A DNA stretch of 64,000 nt, taken from the human T2T-CHM13v2.0 reference genome, Homo sapiens. How positions within the stretch are numbered: position 1 is the stretch's first letter; each line of letters opens with the position of its first letter. Where the stretch lies: assembly GCF_009914755.1 (NCBI RefSeq), contig NC_060925.1; one strand, 5' to 3'. The notes under the pieces were generated by a model. The model saw only the letters and a list, made by a program, of their open reading frames with translations. It was not told the DNA's origin and searched no databases. Shown here piece after piece: positions 17,701-31,035 of the stretch. Made by a program: the position numbers and the translations under genes.

Positions 17701-20700
17701 CAGCTCCTATTTTTAGTTCTCTAAAAATGTCCTATTTTCATTCTGTGTGATCCTGAAGTTATTGTCTACTCTGCATTCAGTGTCTGGGTTTTTGACAAGG
17801 TTGAGGGCTATTTTCTATTTTGATTTGATGAGAACCTTCTCTTTTAAGGTCAAAGCTGAAATGTACATTTCACTGGGCAAGACATGGGAGATATAATACC
17901 CCCTGTGTATCTTTACTCAAATTTTTCTGTGGTAGCAATTGAGAACTCTTTCACCATTTATCCACTTCAAAGTGGTATTGGCTATTGTTGCATAGAGTGT
18001 AATCTACTTGTCTAATTAATAAAACAATTGTATACTTTTCTGTTGGTCTTTGTCAAGCGCTCATGCTGTGGATTACTGATCAAAACTGAAAAACTCAAAA
18101 CTATTTTTATAAATTCTGATGACTTGAGGGCCATAATAGTTGCCTTTATATATTTTTTAAAAGTCGAAGTATATTTTTCTATCTAATTATAGAGAGTAAA
18201 TTAGGAGGCAGCTACAACAAGCCAAATCTTAAATATACGAAAGTTTTTGTTTTAATATATAAGAGCTTTTTGCCAGAAAAAATGAACACCTTTGGAGGTG
18301 GAGAGTTTTTTTTTGTCTGTTTTGTCATTGTATATGTCAAGTAGCATCTAGATATCTACATTGTAGAGATATCATGGAGGTAATTCTAGCATTAGACAAA
18401 ACTCAAAAGATATCAGCAGTCTTTGCTTGCAGACTCTGTTTTTCATTCCTGAAGCACAACTCAGATCCCATGCCCTTACTCTCCTAAGGCAAATTTACTT
18501 ACCAAACACAAATGAATAATGGAGATTTTAATGAAGATTTCTTGGGATGAGAAAGGGGAAAATGTATGTTACCAGCCACATAGCAAGGAACTTTATGAAA
18601 TTTTCATTACATACTTTGTTTTTCCAAATCCTTTCCTCAGCTTTCATCTGCCAGGGTGTTTTCAGCTCTCTGTGCCTACCATCCTTATTCATTCAGACTC
18701 CTTAATTTTTAACTGAATGTCAACAAATATTCTCTGCAAGACTCTATCCCCCTTTTGAAATCAGAGCAATATAGCTCTTTATTTCTCCAATCATGTATAT
18801 TTCTAGTCTCTTCACCCTGCTGTACTAAGAAAGCACTCACTGGCTAACTATATCCACTCTTTCTTAAACTTGGGGAATTATTAAAAATAACTATAACTTT
18901 CTCCATGATATGAATACATATATGCATACTTACATGTATCTTGAGATTAGAATGTCTTAAACATTGATGAAGACACCATTTGGATTAAGAAGACTGCAAG
19001 TACAAAAAACATTATTTCTGCTGTCAATAAGCTTAAAATTTTGTATATATATGTTATTTTTTGTATTTGGACTGCACATGCATAGAGGGAAATCAGAGAT
19101 TTGACACTAGCATCCATTATCATGTTGTCACAAATATAGCATATATTTTTTAAAGAAAATCAGTTAAGACGTACCTTGCTTTTTTTTTTTTTTTTTCCAT
19201 GTGCAATATAACCAAAGTTCCTGGAAGTCACAAATAAAAATGCATGTGGAGAAAATTGGACTCCTTTTTCTCTTGTTTGTATTTAACACATGATAACATG
19301 GCTCTTACTACATCCTTTGTGGTAACAAGTTCTTGGTATTTTGGTAGCTGCTGAAGCTGCCTCACTTTTTCCTTCTCTTCTCCCTCTGTTCTTCCAAAGT
19401 TCTTAATTGAAGGACAACCTGCAAGGCCACAGAGAAATGGTTTCTGTAAGTAATTGATACTCCAAGAATTCTGAATTGCACAGATGAGTTAGACACCCCA
19501 AGGAATGAAAAAAACTTCACAGAAAGTAAGAGAAAATGAAATGTTTAGAGAGAAAGAGTATGTGAGTTGGATTTCAAGGGAAAAAGTGAAGATAGAAGCT
19601 TCTGCCTTCCCTCGTGCTCTTTCAAGCTCTTTTAAATATACATTAACAGTTCTTGGTTTTACCTTATAATATTGGGGCAAAGTCGTAGCCATTAAAAAAA
19701 AAATCCCACAATTTCCTTTGAAAAGCAGTGCCACTTTTAATTTTAAAACATCTCATGTTTGTGTTTATATGAAGTATTGAATGTATCCTACAGTTTCTTA
19801 TGAATCTTGTAAATCTACCAGTCTGATGTTTTTCTACCTCAAGATTCACGAGGTAATGTACAAAAAAGCATAATGAAGTAGTTTTATTAAAACAGGAAAG
19901 TATTATGATATTTGCAAAGTGACAGAATTAAAAAATAATAATATGACTCCTAAAATTTAGATGTCTTCTCATTTGTTTCATATTTCATGAAATGAAAATA
20001 TCCCAGAAATGCCATGGGATAATGTTCTATTCCCTGAAAACTATTATATACGACCTTCATACAATAGATGTATAATCTTCATTCTTTAATTTTTAGTATA
20101 TCCACAGTTGTATTATTTTGCTCTCTTATATATAGATTTGTTTTATTTTCCATTGTAGAAACTTACCTTCTTAGCCTTTAGGCATTTTCGGAACATGTGG
20201 TGTCATTAAACTCTGTTTATTATAAATCTGTCCATGGTAGTCAATATTTTTGTTACCTTGTGACATTTTCATTTTCTTTTCTAATTAGATGGTAAACTAT
20301 TCAAAATCAAAATAAAAACTCATAGAAAATACTAGCATTCTAGCTTATTTTTTTTAAACTGGGGTGAGGTGCTAAATAAATAATTTGTTTAGGACATACA
20401 AGTGAGTTCAATAAACTTAAAAATAAACTGGAAGGGTTGATGTTGATAGTAAATAATAGCACTAAGCAATCTTAATTTTATAAAACTTAAGGAAATAAAG
20501 TGCACCCTTTTAATTCTTTAGCAACTTACATTGCTACAAAATTGTCATGAGTTAGGGAATCCCAGTACAGATTCTTAGAACATTTTAGGATTAAAGAAGA
20601 GATTTTGTCTGCAGTGAGGAATGTCTCATGTTAGTGCTTTACGGTATTTTTATATTGTAAATTCACTGCTTTTAGTGTTCTATATATGCAATGCAAATAT

Positions 20701-21474
20701 CAACAGTTAAATATAGATTTCATGGTTAATTTCTTCAGTAAAACATCAGTGTCCCAAACTCTGAGGGACTGAAATACTTTGGATAAATTTATTTACTATG
20801 TATTTGAGGCTTAGTAATTATGATGATATCTAAAACTGTTATATGCATTTAAATCTATTTGATACATGATTAAATTTTGAATTCTTTTTCATTTTGGAGT
20901 ATATTGAACATAAATTGATATTTAATTTGACTCTTAACCACACTGCAAACATTCCACTTTATTTGATACTTTTGGAACTTTTAGATATAAATCTAGATTG
21001 GCTTAGGCCTGTGAACCCATTGGTGAGGGCTTGATACCGTCTCTGGCTTTAAATCTTTGTAAGTAATTGTTTAACATAAAAATTATTGAAACTTTTTTTA
21101 GTGATTGACTCGCTAGGTAGACTGAGCAGATATCATAAAAATGAATCTCTTTTAACTAAATTATAAGATATTAAGAAATTATGTATATTTGCATTCAGAG
21201 TGCCTGCCACATAATATGTGTTACAATAATTTGTTAACAAAATGAGCACATGAATGCATCAGTAAAACAAACCTATTCTGTAGAAATACTTTAACCATTT
21301 TTCTTCCTTGCAATTTTCAAGTCATTTATAGATATTTCTTTTTGGTAATTGCTGTAATTTTTTATACATACATTTTGCCTTTTATTAAAAGCATATTGCT
21401 TTGCTATGTTGCTTATTTTTAAACTATAATAGAGGGTATGTGATTACTATACAGTTTTATAGTTTATTTTGTTG

Positions 21475-21700
21475 TGCATTTATTCATTTAATCAGAATGC
21501 ATTATTTTCTACATGCCTGACCCTTTGCTAGGAGGAAAAGATGCAAAGATAAATAAGACATACCCTCAATTAATGAGGGAAACAGAAAGCTACATATTTT
21601 AAAACAATCTGTAATATACGTGTTATGTAAAACCTAGAGTATGTTTTGGGGTATCAGAGGAAGAGTTTATGGAATAGGGAGTCTGAGGAAGATGAGTAGA
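21475..21700 (-). mobile_element. L2 3'-end fragment
   Basis: atttattcattt...atgcctgaccctttgctagg...atgcaaagataaataagaca. Confidence 0.6.
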
Positions 21701-22435
21701 AATTTCCTAGAAAAAATGGAAGACAAAGAATAAATCCCAGCTTCTGAGGACTGAGTAAGCACAAACATGGAGATAAGCAGAAAAGTAGACATGATGGACA
21801 CTGTAAAGAATCAGGTCTAAGTTTGAAGGAGGAAGCATAAATATAAGAGGCTTGAAAGAGGTAAAGATACCCCGGAGTTCCAAGAGAATGTTGGAGAAGG
21901 GAGCCTGAGTGGAGACTTGTCTCTTTCTATAAACTATGGACCCAGGGTGTTCAGAGAGATTTGCCTCAGACATAGCCTAGGAGAATGACATGAAATGTTC
22001 TGTGGAATACTGGAGAGGTTCTGTTCTTCCAGCTTTATCATATTTCTATATCTTCTAATTACAAAATTTAATGAAATTTTAATCTTTTGATATAAATTCA
22101 AAAGGAGTTACATACATTGCAAAGGGAGCCCTCCCCAACCCGTCCCTCTTTCTTGTATAGTTTGACATTCCTCTCAGCCTTCACATGAATTCAAATTCTG
22201 GTGTTCATCTAAGTTGGCAGGAGTATGGGAAGCAAGGGAGTGTGCAGGTAGAGTGAAAGGTGGTGGGGGCACTGTTTTTCTTAATTACATGTTAATATGC
22301 TTTGTCTTGTTAGCTTTGGAGGATTTACATCACTGGAGCACTTAGGTTGGAGCATTTACATCTCATTGCAGCTTTACAACTACCTTTATCTCTTATTGTT
22401 TTTCTTGCTTCCTGCTGGGAACCTACTGTGAAGTA

Positions 22436-22867
22436 CAGTTGACTCTAGCTGCATGAGTTTGAACTAGGCTGGTCCACTTTTAAGTAGATTTTATTCCACC
22501 TCTGCCATATCTCTGAGAGAGCAAGACCAATCCCTCTTCTTCCTTCTCATCCTCAGCCTACTCAACGCGAAGACAATGAGGATACTTTTATGATAATTCA
22601 CTTCCACTTGATAAATAATAAATATGTTTTCTCTTCCTTACAATTTTCTTAACACTTTCTTTTCTCTAGCTTACTTTACTATAAGAATATATTATATACT
22701 ACATACACAAAATGTGTGTTAATTGACTGTTTATGTTATTGGTAAGTCAACAGTAAGCTATCAGTAGTTAAGTTTTTGGGAAGTCAAAATTATACGCGAG
22801 TTTTTACTACACTGGGAGTGGTGGGGCTCGGTGCCCCCCGGCCCTTTCATTGTTCAAGGGCCAACTG
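22436..22867 (+). mobile_element. Tigger2a (TcMar-Tigger) DNA transposon
   Basis: ta|cagttgac... and ...ttgttcaagggccaactg termini; cctcagcctactcaacgcgaagac internal motif; 432 bp. Confidence 0.88.
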
Positions 22868-23147
22868 TTAGTGTCTAATGAAATATTGAAAACTACTTGT
22901 TACAATAATGAATTCATACATAGATGAATACATGAAATAATACTGTTTATTTTCCAAGTCCTGGAAAATTTTAGACTAGAACATAAGCTTCTAATTCCCT
23001 GCACACTTTTAGTCTCACTCTAGTTATGAGTTTTCTTTTTTTTTTCTTTTGCAATTGGGAACAGTTTATTATTTCCTATACTATGGAACCACTTGTAAAT
23101 TATCCCAGTTCTTTTCCTTGAGTTCTCATATTCTCTCTCTCTCTCTC

Positions 23148-24218
23148 TTTTTAATTTATTTAAGCTCTGGGATACATGTGCAGAACGTGGAGGTTTGTTA
23201 CACAGGTATACACATGTCATGGTGGTTTGCTGCACCCATCAACCCATCATCTACACTAGGTATTTCTCCTAATGCTATCCCTCCCCTAGCCCCCCACCTC
23301 CCGACAGGCCCTGGTGTGTGTTGTTCCCCTCTCTGTGTCCATGGGTTCTCATTCTTCAGCTCCCACTTATGAGTGAGAACATGCACTGTTTGGTTTTCTG
23401 TTCCTGTGTTAGTTTGCTGAGAATGCTGGTTTCCAGCTTCATCCATGTCCCTGCGAAGGACACGAACTCATCCTTCTTTATGGCTATATCATATTCCATG
23501 GTGTATATGTGGCACATTTTCTTTATCCAGTCTGTCATTGATGGGCATTTGGGTTGGTTCCAAGTGTTTGCTATTGTAAATAGTGCTGCAGTAAACATAC
23601 GTGTGCATGGGTCTTTATAGTAGACTGATTTATAATCCTTTGGGTATATAACCAGTAATGGGATTGCTTGGTCAGATGGTATTTCTGGTTCTAGATCTTT
23701 GAGGAATCGCCACACTGTCTTCCACAATGGTTGAACTAATTTACACTCCCACCAACAGTGTAAAATCATTCCTATTTCTCCATATCCTCTCCAGCATCTG
23801 TTGTTTCCCGGCTTTTTAATGATCACCATTCTAATTGGCATGAGATGATATCTCATTGTGGTTTTGATTTGCAATTCTCTAATAACCAGCGATGGTGAGC
23901 TTGTTTTCATATGTTTGTTGGGTGCATAAATGTCTTCTTTTGAGAAGTTTTCATATTCTTCACTCACTTTTTGAGGGGGTTTTTTGTTTTTTTCTTGTAA
24001 ATTTGTTTAAGTTCCTTTTAGATTCTGGATATTAGCCCTTTGTCAGATGGATAGATTGCAAAAATTTTCTCCCATTTTGTAGGTTGCCTGTTCACTCTGA
24101 TGATAGTTTATTTTGCTGTGCAGAAGCTCTTTAGTTTAATTAGATCCCATTTGTCAATTTTGGCCATTGTTGCCATTGCTTTTGTTATTTTAGTCATGAA
24201 GTCTTTGTCCATGCCTAT
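23148..24218 (-). mobile_element. 5'-truncated L1PA (PA7/PA8-like): 3'UTR plus ORF2 C-terminus
   Basis: Track ORF 23356-23967 is L1 ORF2 C-terminal ([17 protein letters not shown]); primate 3'UTR ctatccctcccctagccccccac. Confidence 0.93.
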
Positions 24219-24229
24219 ATATTCTTTGT

Positions 24230-26110
24230 GAAATTATCAGCTTGTTTACACATTTCTGATTATGAGTGAATCTAGGTATTCTTACATGCCTAGAAAACAT
24301 TTAGTTTTCTTCTCTGTAAACTATTCATGTCCTTTATATATTCTTTAAATTCTTCTATTCTTACTCTCCCTCTTTTTTCTTTTGCTTTTCTCACTTTGTG
24401 GACTTTAAAAGTTTATATGTTAAGGAACTTAATCTTTTGCCAAATATATTTTCCTAGTTCGTGTTTAGTATTTTGAATTTTCTTATGATATTTTTACTTT
24501 TGTGGAATGAAATTTGTCAGTCTTTTCTTTTGTAGCTTCTGATGGTAAAGCCTGACTATATTGAAGGTAGGCTCTTCAAAAGACAACTAGAAAAGATACA
24601 TTAATCATGTGAAGTTAACCTAATTAGTTGAATTAATGCAGTAAGGCAGAATGCTAACTTGACAGAGTAAAGTAGTATCTCAAAATGTGGAAACTAGGGC
24701 AGAGTAATTTATAGGGAGTGCCAGAATGGGTGAATTAGGGTGGGTCATTCAGGAGGAGATTTGCCTGAGATTGGGCAAAGTATATGACCAAAAATTGCTT
24801 TGGATTGATGGGCATAGCAAAATGAGGATCTTAAAGTGAGCCTTGGGAAACAAGCTATCGGTCTTGATAAGTAAGTTCACAGTCTTATCTTTTAGGAGCT
24901 CTTATTTCCTGGAGAAAGAAGCTAAGATATTTTTGCCTGGTCTAAATATTGTTTAGTACAGAAACAGAACAGTAAATTATGTCTATCTATATTGTTTAAT
25001 ACAAGGATAGAGAATTATGTTAGGTTCACTTCTCAGTTACGAAGAAATTCTCCTGTAATATCTGTATTACTTTTATAATTATTTTTTATACCTGACTCTT
25101 TCTTGTTAATATTAATGTAGTTTATTTTCGTGAATTGTGTAAGATTTGTATATCTTTGTTTTTGCAAAACGGCTACCTGGTATCTTGGTACTATTTATTG
25201 AATAACAATAAATGTTTCTCCAATAATTTAAAATATCATCTTTATGAAATATGATTTTTTCTACATATTTGGCTCTTTCTGTATTTTTACTTCTATTTCA
25301 CTGATCAGCCTTTGCATGCATTACTATGCCACTGTTTAAATTATGAAAGCTTTGTATGTTTTGAAATTTGCAAGCAGTCATTCTGTCTCATTGCACTTCC
25401 TTTTCAGAGATTATTCTGGCTATTCCTAGCACTTTATTTTTCCACATGAACTTTGGGATCAGCTGTTATTTTAAATGAAATTTTAGAATAGAATTAAAAT
25501 ATTGTCTAATATTTTTTAAGAAAAATATTACTTGATATGTTGTGGAAATGGGTTCGTTTAGAAATCAGTTTAGAAGAAATTGTTTAATTTTTCACAAGAA
25601 AAGATAGCATCTAAGACCTTATGTACTCTTCAGAGTGCCTTGATATGTTCTTTATATAATACTGGCATAATTCCTTAAAACTTTAAATCTAGCTTTAATG
25701 GCTTTTAATTTTGGCATAAAAATGAGGGCTTCTCTATTGCTATAGCTATATATTCAAATTCATTATGATTTCACTAATCGAAACTATTAAATTTATGTCA
25801 ATTTTTTATCCTACCGTGGTTAGTAATTCTCTCATTGCTCATGTAGTTTTTCACTTTACACTTTTGATTTTGAAGAAGTACCATTGTTTCTTCAGCAAAT
25901 AGTGTTTTACATCTCTTCACTTCAGATACCTTTATTTTCTTGTCTAATTTAATTGGCTAGTACCTTAAATACAACACTAAATAGCAACAATGATAGTGGG
26001 CATTGACTTGTTCTCAACTTCTTTAGGAATGAGTCTAGATTTTTCTCATTAAGTGTAAAACTGACTTTTAGGCACCACATCAGTGTTTTATAAAGTTAAG
26101 AATTTTTGTA
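24230..26110 (-). mobile_element. highly degenerate L1M ORF2 fragments, split by an LTR
   Basis: e.g. tttattttccacatgaactttgggatcagc and atgatagtgggcat...ttgttctcaactt; boundaries approximate. Confidence 0.6.
24560..25040 (-). mobile_element. probable old ERV1-class solo LTR (LTR37/MER67-like)
   Basis: ~480-bp block of different composition interrupting L1M; minus-strand TATA-like ctataaa followed by ttttgagatactac...ctctgtcaag...ccttactgca. Confidence 0.5.
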
Positions 26111-26999
26111 TTCCTATTTCGATATCTTGTAACTTGACCAAGTAACGTCTTCAGCAGAAAGTTTCAGGTATATTTTCTCTCCTGTAAGTCTTTTATAATA
26201 TTACTGGATTCGAATCTTCTTTTATTTCACAGTACTATTTTTGAAGTATAAGTTGTAATTTTTTTTATCTTCTGTGCATTTGGTTATATTTGAGAACTCC
26301 AAGAATATCTATGTTGAGTTGGTTTTACATATCTTTTACATAGCTTTTTTTCTATTTCTTTTAATTATTCTTTATTTGCTTAATTTTTTCAGTTGTGACC
26401 ATTTTGTGCTTTCTTCAGCACTTATTCTTTATGCAAATTCCAGTTATTTATTACTGTGAATTTGTTTTCTTTGTTCAATGTCTTTCTGAAGTTTTCATTT
26501 CACATCTCTTCTCCTATTCATTATTTCCATACTGAGCTCCTGCATTCAAGTTGTGTCATCTCCATTTATTAATAATTGCTTATTTTTTAATGGAAGAATG
26601 TAGTCATAAATTTAATCTGCGTTGTAGTACATTTTTTCTCTTCCATGTTTCTCCATTGTAGATAATTTTGCTACTTTTAAAATAGTTTTCTTGTATAGTA
26701 TCTTTGTACAAAATCTGTAACATGTTATGATTTCTATAGATTTCCCTTTCATAGCTTTTTGAAGGAGGTTCCTTTGGGGACAAGGGGGATAGATTTGTAC
26801 TCTTTAAGCTTCCCTTCTCCCCTTACCCAGATGACACAGAGACAGACTTATTCCTGCATATATGGTTGTATTTTGTGTGTGTGTGTCTGTATGTGTGTGA
26901 AGCTCCATCTCTTGTTGTTCTCTCAGGCACACCAGGTATGGGAAAGCTCTTGTTGACATTCTTTTCTTCTTTCTACATTAGAGCTTACAAAACCCATTC

Positions 27000-27397
27000 T
27001 CTGAACTAAAAATAGATTAGAGCCAAAGTGATATGGGACTTCTGAACCTAAAGCTCAAAAAAGGTTGCAGCTTCTGCTCTTTCTGTGGAACTCCGCCACC
27101 ACCATATGAAGATGCTGACTTAGCCTCCTTGAGGGTGAGAGACCGTGGGAGAGAAAGGTCCAGCTGAAAATCAGCACTAATTGCCAATCAAGTGCTTGAA
27201 GCTATTTTAGACCATTCAGTTGCAATTGAGCTGCCAAGGGATTGATATGAATGACTCCAGGTGAGACCAGTAGAGCATCTGCCCCTTTGAGTTCAGTCTA
27301 AATTGCTGATCCATAGAATTGTGAACAAATAAATGCTGGTTGCTTTTAGCCACTGTATTTTGGAGTTGTTGTTATAGAGCAATAGAAAGCTGATGCC
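27000..27397 (+). mobile_element. MLT1H-like MaLR LTR, partial
   Basis: 3' end aaataaatgctggttgcttttagccactgtattttggagttgttgttatagagcaataga. Confidence 0.8.
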
Positions 27398-28039
27398 GTA
27401 GTTTAGTATATTTAATAAATATTTCACTGCATCTATGCCGTACATTATCAAATATGATATGAGACTAGCTCATGCATTATTACAATTTTTAAATAATGGA
27501 GTATACTACATTTTAGAGTAAGGTTTTTATTGATGTGCCGAAAATTAGCCCTTTGATAGTGCATAAAATAAGACTTGTTACGGTATTCAGAATTGCTCTA
27601 TCTTAAATCAGCATTTCAGCATTCTAAATTATTGCTCTCACTCCAGTCATTTGGTTGGAGCCCTGTGACAATATACATAAATGTGTCAAAAATTTAACAA
27701 CTTATCCAATACATTTCATATTTGATTAAAAACCTATTCTAAGATTATAAAATAAATTTCATATTTATTAGTTGGTAAACATATCAGTGACATATATCAA
27801 GTTTTAACTTGTCTCTAGAAGGCTTTCAGTCATTTCAAACAGCAAGATCTTAAGTTGATTTCTAGATAGTATTTCTTTGAAGAGTGTAGGGTTTGTAGTG
27901 AGTAAATAAAAATTTGAGTTGTAGGGCTAAGATCAGGAAATTATGAAAATGAAAGCAAGCCTTGTCTCTAACATATCACCTTCACATGTTAGATTTATTT
28001 TAAAATTGGTTGTTTTTTTGTTAAGAAAATTATTTTTAA

Positions 28040-29345
28040 AGATTATGGTTTTATGTGTAATGTAGATAAATAAAAATAAAAATTGCATTCATTTTTAGTG
28101 TGAATTTGAAGAGTTTTAGCTAAGGTATATACCATGTAGCCATGACTGTAATGAAGATATAGAACGTTACAATCACTTTGGGGGTTAATCTCCACCACTA
28201 ATCCTTGGCCTTACACAACCATTTATCTATACTCCATCACAATCTACTATAATATCTTTCTTAGAGTTCCATATAAATGGAATCGTATAGTCTTTACTCT
28301 TTGTTTTTGACTTCTTTGCACATAATGTTTTACAGAATCATTTGCGTTGTTGTGTGTATCTGTAGTTTGTTACTTTTTACTGTTAAGTAATATTCCATTG
28401 CATGAATATACACAGATTGTTTATCCATTCCCCTGTTGACGAGCATTTGAATTGCTTCCCACTTTTGGCTACAATGAATAAAGCTGCTATGAATATTTGT
28501 GTATGAGTGTTTGTATGTAGATAGGTTTTCATCTCTTTTGGGTAAATACCTAGGAATTGGAATGTGTAACATTATAAAATACTGCCAAGATGTCTTCCAA
28601 AGTGGTTTTACTGTTTTAAATTGCTGCAAGCAATGTATGAGAGTTCTAGTTGCTGTACACCCTTTCCAACAAATACCATTACACACTTGGCATTTGTCGG
28701 TCTTTTAAACTGTATTCTGTCTGGTGGATGTGCAGTGACATCACATTGTGGTTTAAATTTGCAATTCCGTGATGACTAATAGTGTTGAATATCTTATTTA
28801 TGTTCTCTTGGACACTTTATCTTATGTTGCAAAGTGTCTATTGAACTGTTTTACTCTATTTACATGTCAATCTTATTATTATTGATTTGTAAGAGATTTT
28901 TCTATATTCTGGATAGATACCTGTAGAATATTTTACTGATACCTGTAGAATATAGTAATATTCTCCTCAGTAACTTATCTTTTTATAGTTACTTTATGTT
29001 TAAGGAAGAGCTGAAGTTCTACATTTTAAAAAGTCAATTTTATCAATGATTTTCATTTATGGTTTGTGCTTTCTGTGCCGTATTTAAAATATTTTTGGTT
29101 ATCCCCAAGGTTGCAAAAATTTACTCTTATGTTTTCTTTTATATATTTTTAATAGTTTTAGCTTTAAGATCTAGATCTGTGATTTTGAGATAATTTTAGT
29201 GTATTGTGTGTGGTAAAAATTGAGATGTATTAATTTTTTATATGGTCATGTAGTTGTTGAAGACCATTTATCTGAAAATACTCCTGCATTGAATTCCCTT
29301 GTCCATTTGACAAGGGAATCAATTGAATGTACATCTGCAGATCTC
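28040..29345 (-). mobile_element. L1ME/MD-type 3' fragment
   Basis: catataaatggaatc... 3'UTR; track ORF 28330-28686 resembles degenerate ORF2 C-terminus. Confidence 0.85.
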
Positions 29346-29602
29346 TTTCCACATTCACTATTAGCGCAAGATTTTTAAAATGAGAGTAACACCTCTATTT
29401 TAGTTTTAATCCATAAAGCAACCTGGGTTAGCTCTTAACATTTTAGTCACATTGAGGGACTGATTAGCTAAGGGAATGAGAACGGAACAGGAGACATTGT
29501 AAAGATCTAAACATTGTGATGGGGCAGCCTCAGTAATCAACGAAGGTGTGGAACATGTATGCATTGAACATTGGCCAGCAGGAGAAGGGTATTCCATAAA
29601 AA

Positions 29603-31035
29603 AGGTTTGTCCATGTCCTTTGCCCACTTTTTAATGGGGTTGTTTTATTATTGTAAATTTGTTTAAGTTCCTTGTAGATTCTGGATATTAGACCTTTGTC
29701 AGATGGATAGATTGCAAAAATTTTCTCCCACTCTGTAGGTTGCCTGTTTGCTCTGATGATAGTTTCTTTTGCTGTGCAGAAGCTCTTTAGTTTAATTAGA
29801 TCCCACTTGTCAATTTTTGCTTTTGTTGCAATTGCTTTTGGCAATTTCATCATGAAATCTTTGCCTTTGCCTATGCCCTGAATGGTATTGCCTAGATTTT
29901 CTTCTAGAGTTTTTATAGTTTTGGGTTTTACATTTAAGTCTTTAATCCATCTTGAGTTAATTTTTGCATAAGGTGTAAGGAAGGGGCCCAGTTTCAATTT
30001 TCTGCATATTGCTAGCTACTTCTCCCAGTACCATTTATTAAATAGGGAATCCTTTCCCCATTGTTGTTTTTGTCAGGTTTGTCAAAGATCAGATGGTTGT
30101 AGATGTGTGGTTTTATTTCTGAGTTCTCTATTCCATTCCGTTGGTATATATGCCTGTTTATTTACCAGTACCATGCTGTTTGGTAAACAAACTTCTCAAA
30201 AGAAGACATACATGTGCCCCAAAAAATATGAAAAAAAGTCCAACATCACTGATCATTAGAGAAATGCAAATCAAAACCACAATGAGATACCATCTCATGC
30301 CAGTTAGAATGGTGATTATTAAAAAGTCAAGAAACAACAGATGCTGGCAAGGTTGTGGAGAAATAGGAGCACTTTTACACTGTTGATGGGAATGTAAATT
30401 GGTTCAACCATTGTGGAAGACAGTGTGGCTATTCCTTAAAGACGTAGAGCCAGATATACCATCTGATCCAGCAGTCCCATTATTGAGTATATATCCAAAG
30501 GAATTCTATTATAAAGATACACATACACATATGTTCATTGCAGCACCATTCACAATAGCAAATATGTGGAATCAACCCAAATGCCCATCAATAATAGACT
30601 GGATAAAGAAAACATGGTACGTATACATCATGGAATGCTATGCAGCCATAAAACGGAATGAGAACATGTCGTTTGCAGGGACATGGACGAAGCTGGAAGC
30701 CCATTATCCTCAGCAAACTAACGCAGGAACAGAAAACCAAACACTACATGTTCTTACTTATAGGTGGGAGCTGAATAATGATAACACATGGACACAGAAA
30801 GGGGAACAACACACAATGGGGCCTGTTGGGGGAGGCTGGTGGGTAGGGAGCATCAGGAAAAATAGCTAATGTGTGCTGGGCTTAATATCTAGGCAATGGG
30901 TTGACAAATGCAGCAAACCACCACTGTACATGTGTACCTGTGTAACAAACCTGCACATCTTGCACCTGTACCCCGGAACTTAAAATCTTTTAGCAAAAAT
31001 AAATAAATTAATTAATAAAAAATAAAAAATAAAAA
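29603..31035 (+). mobile_element. L1PA (PA10-13-like) with 5' inversion: antisense 29603-30184, sense 30185-31035 with A-tail
   Basis: Minus ORF 29530-29997 and plus ORFs 30141-30869 are consecutive parts of ORF2; A-rich tail ~30995-31035. Confidence 0.93.

Noticed and set aside
23356-23967. 203-aa ORF
   Set aside because: ORF2 C-terminal fragment of a truncated L1PA, not a host gene
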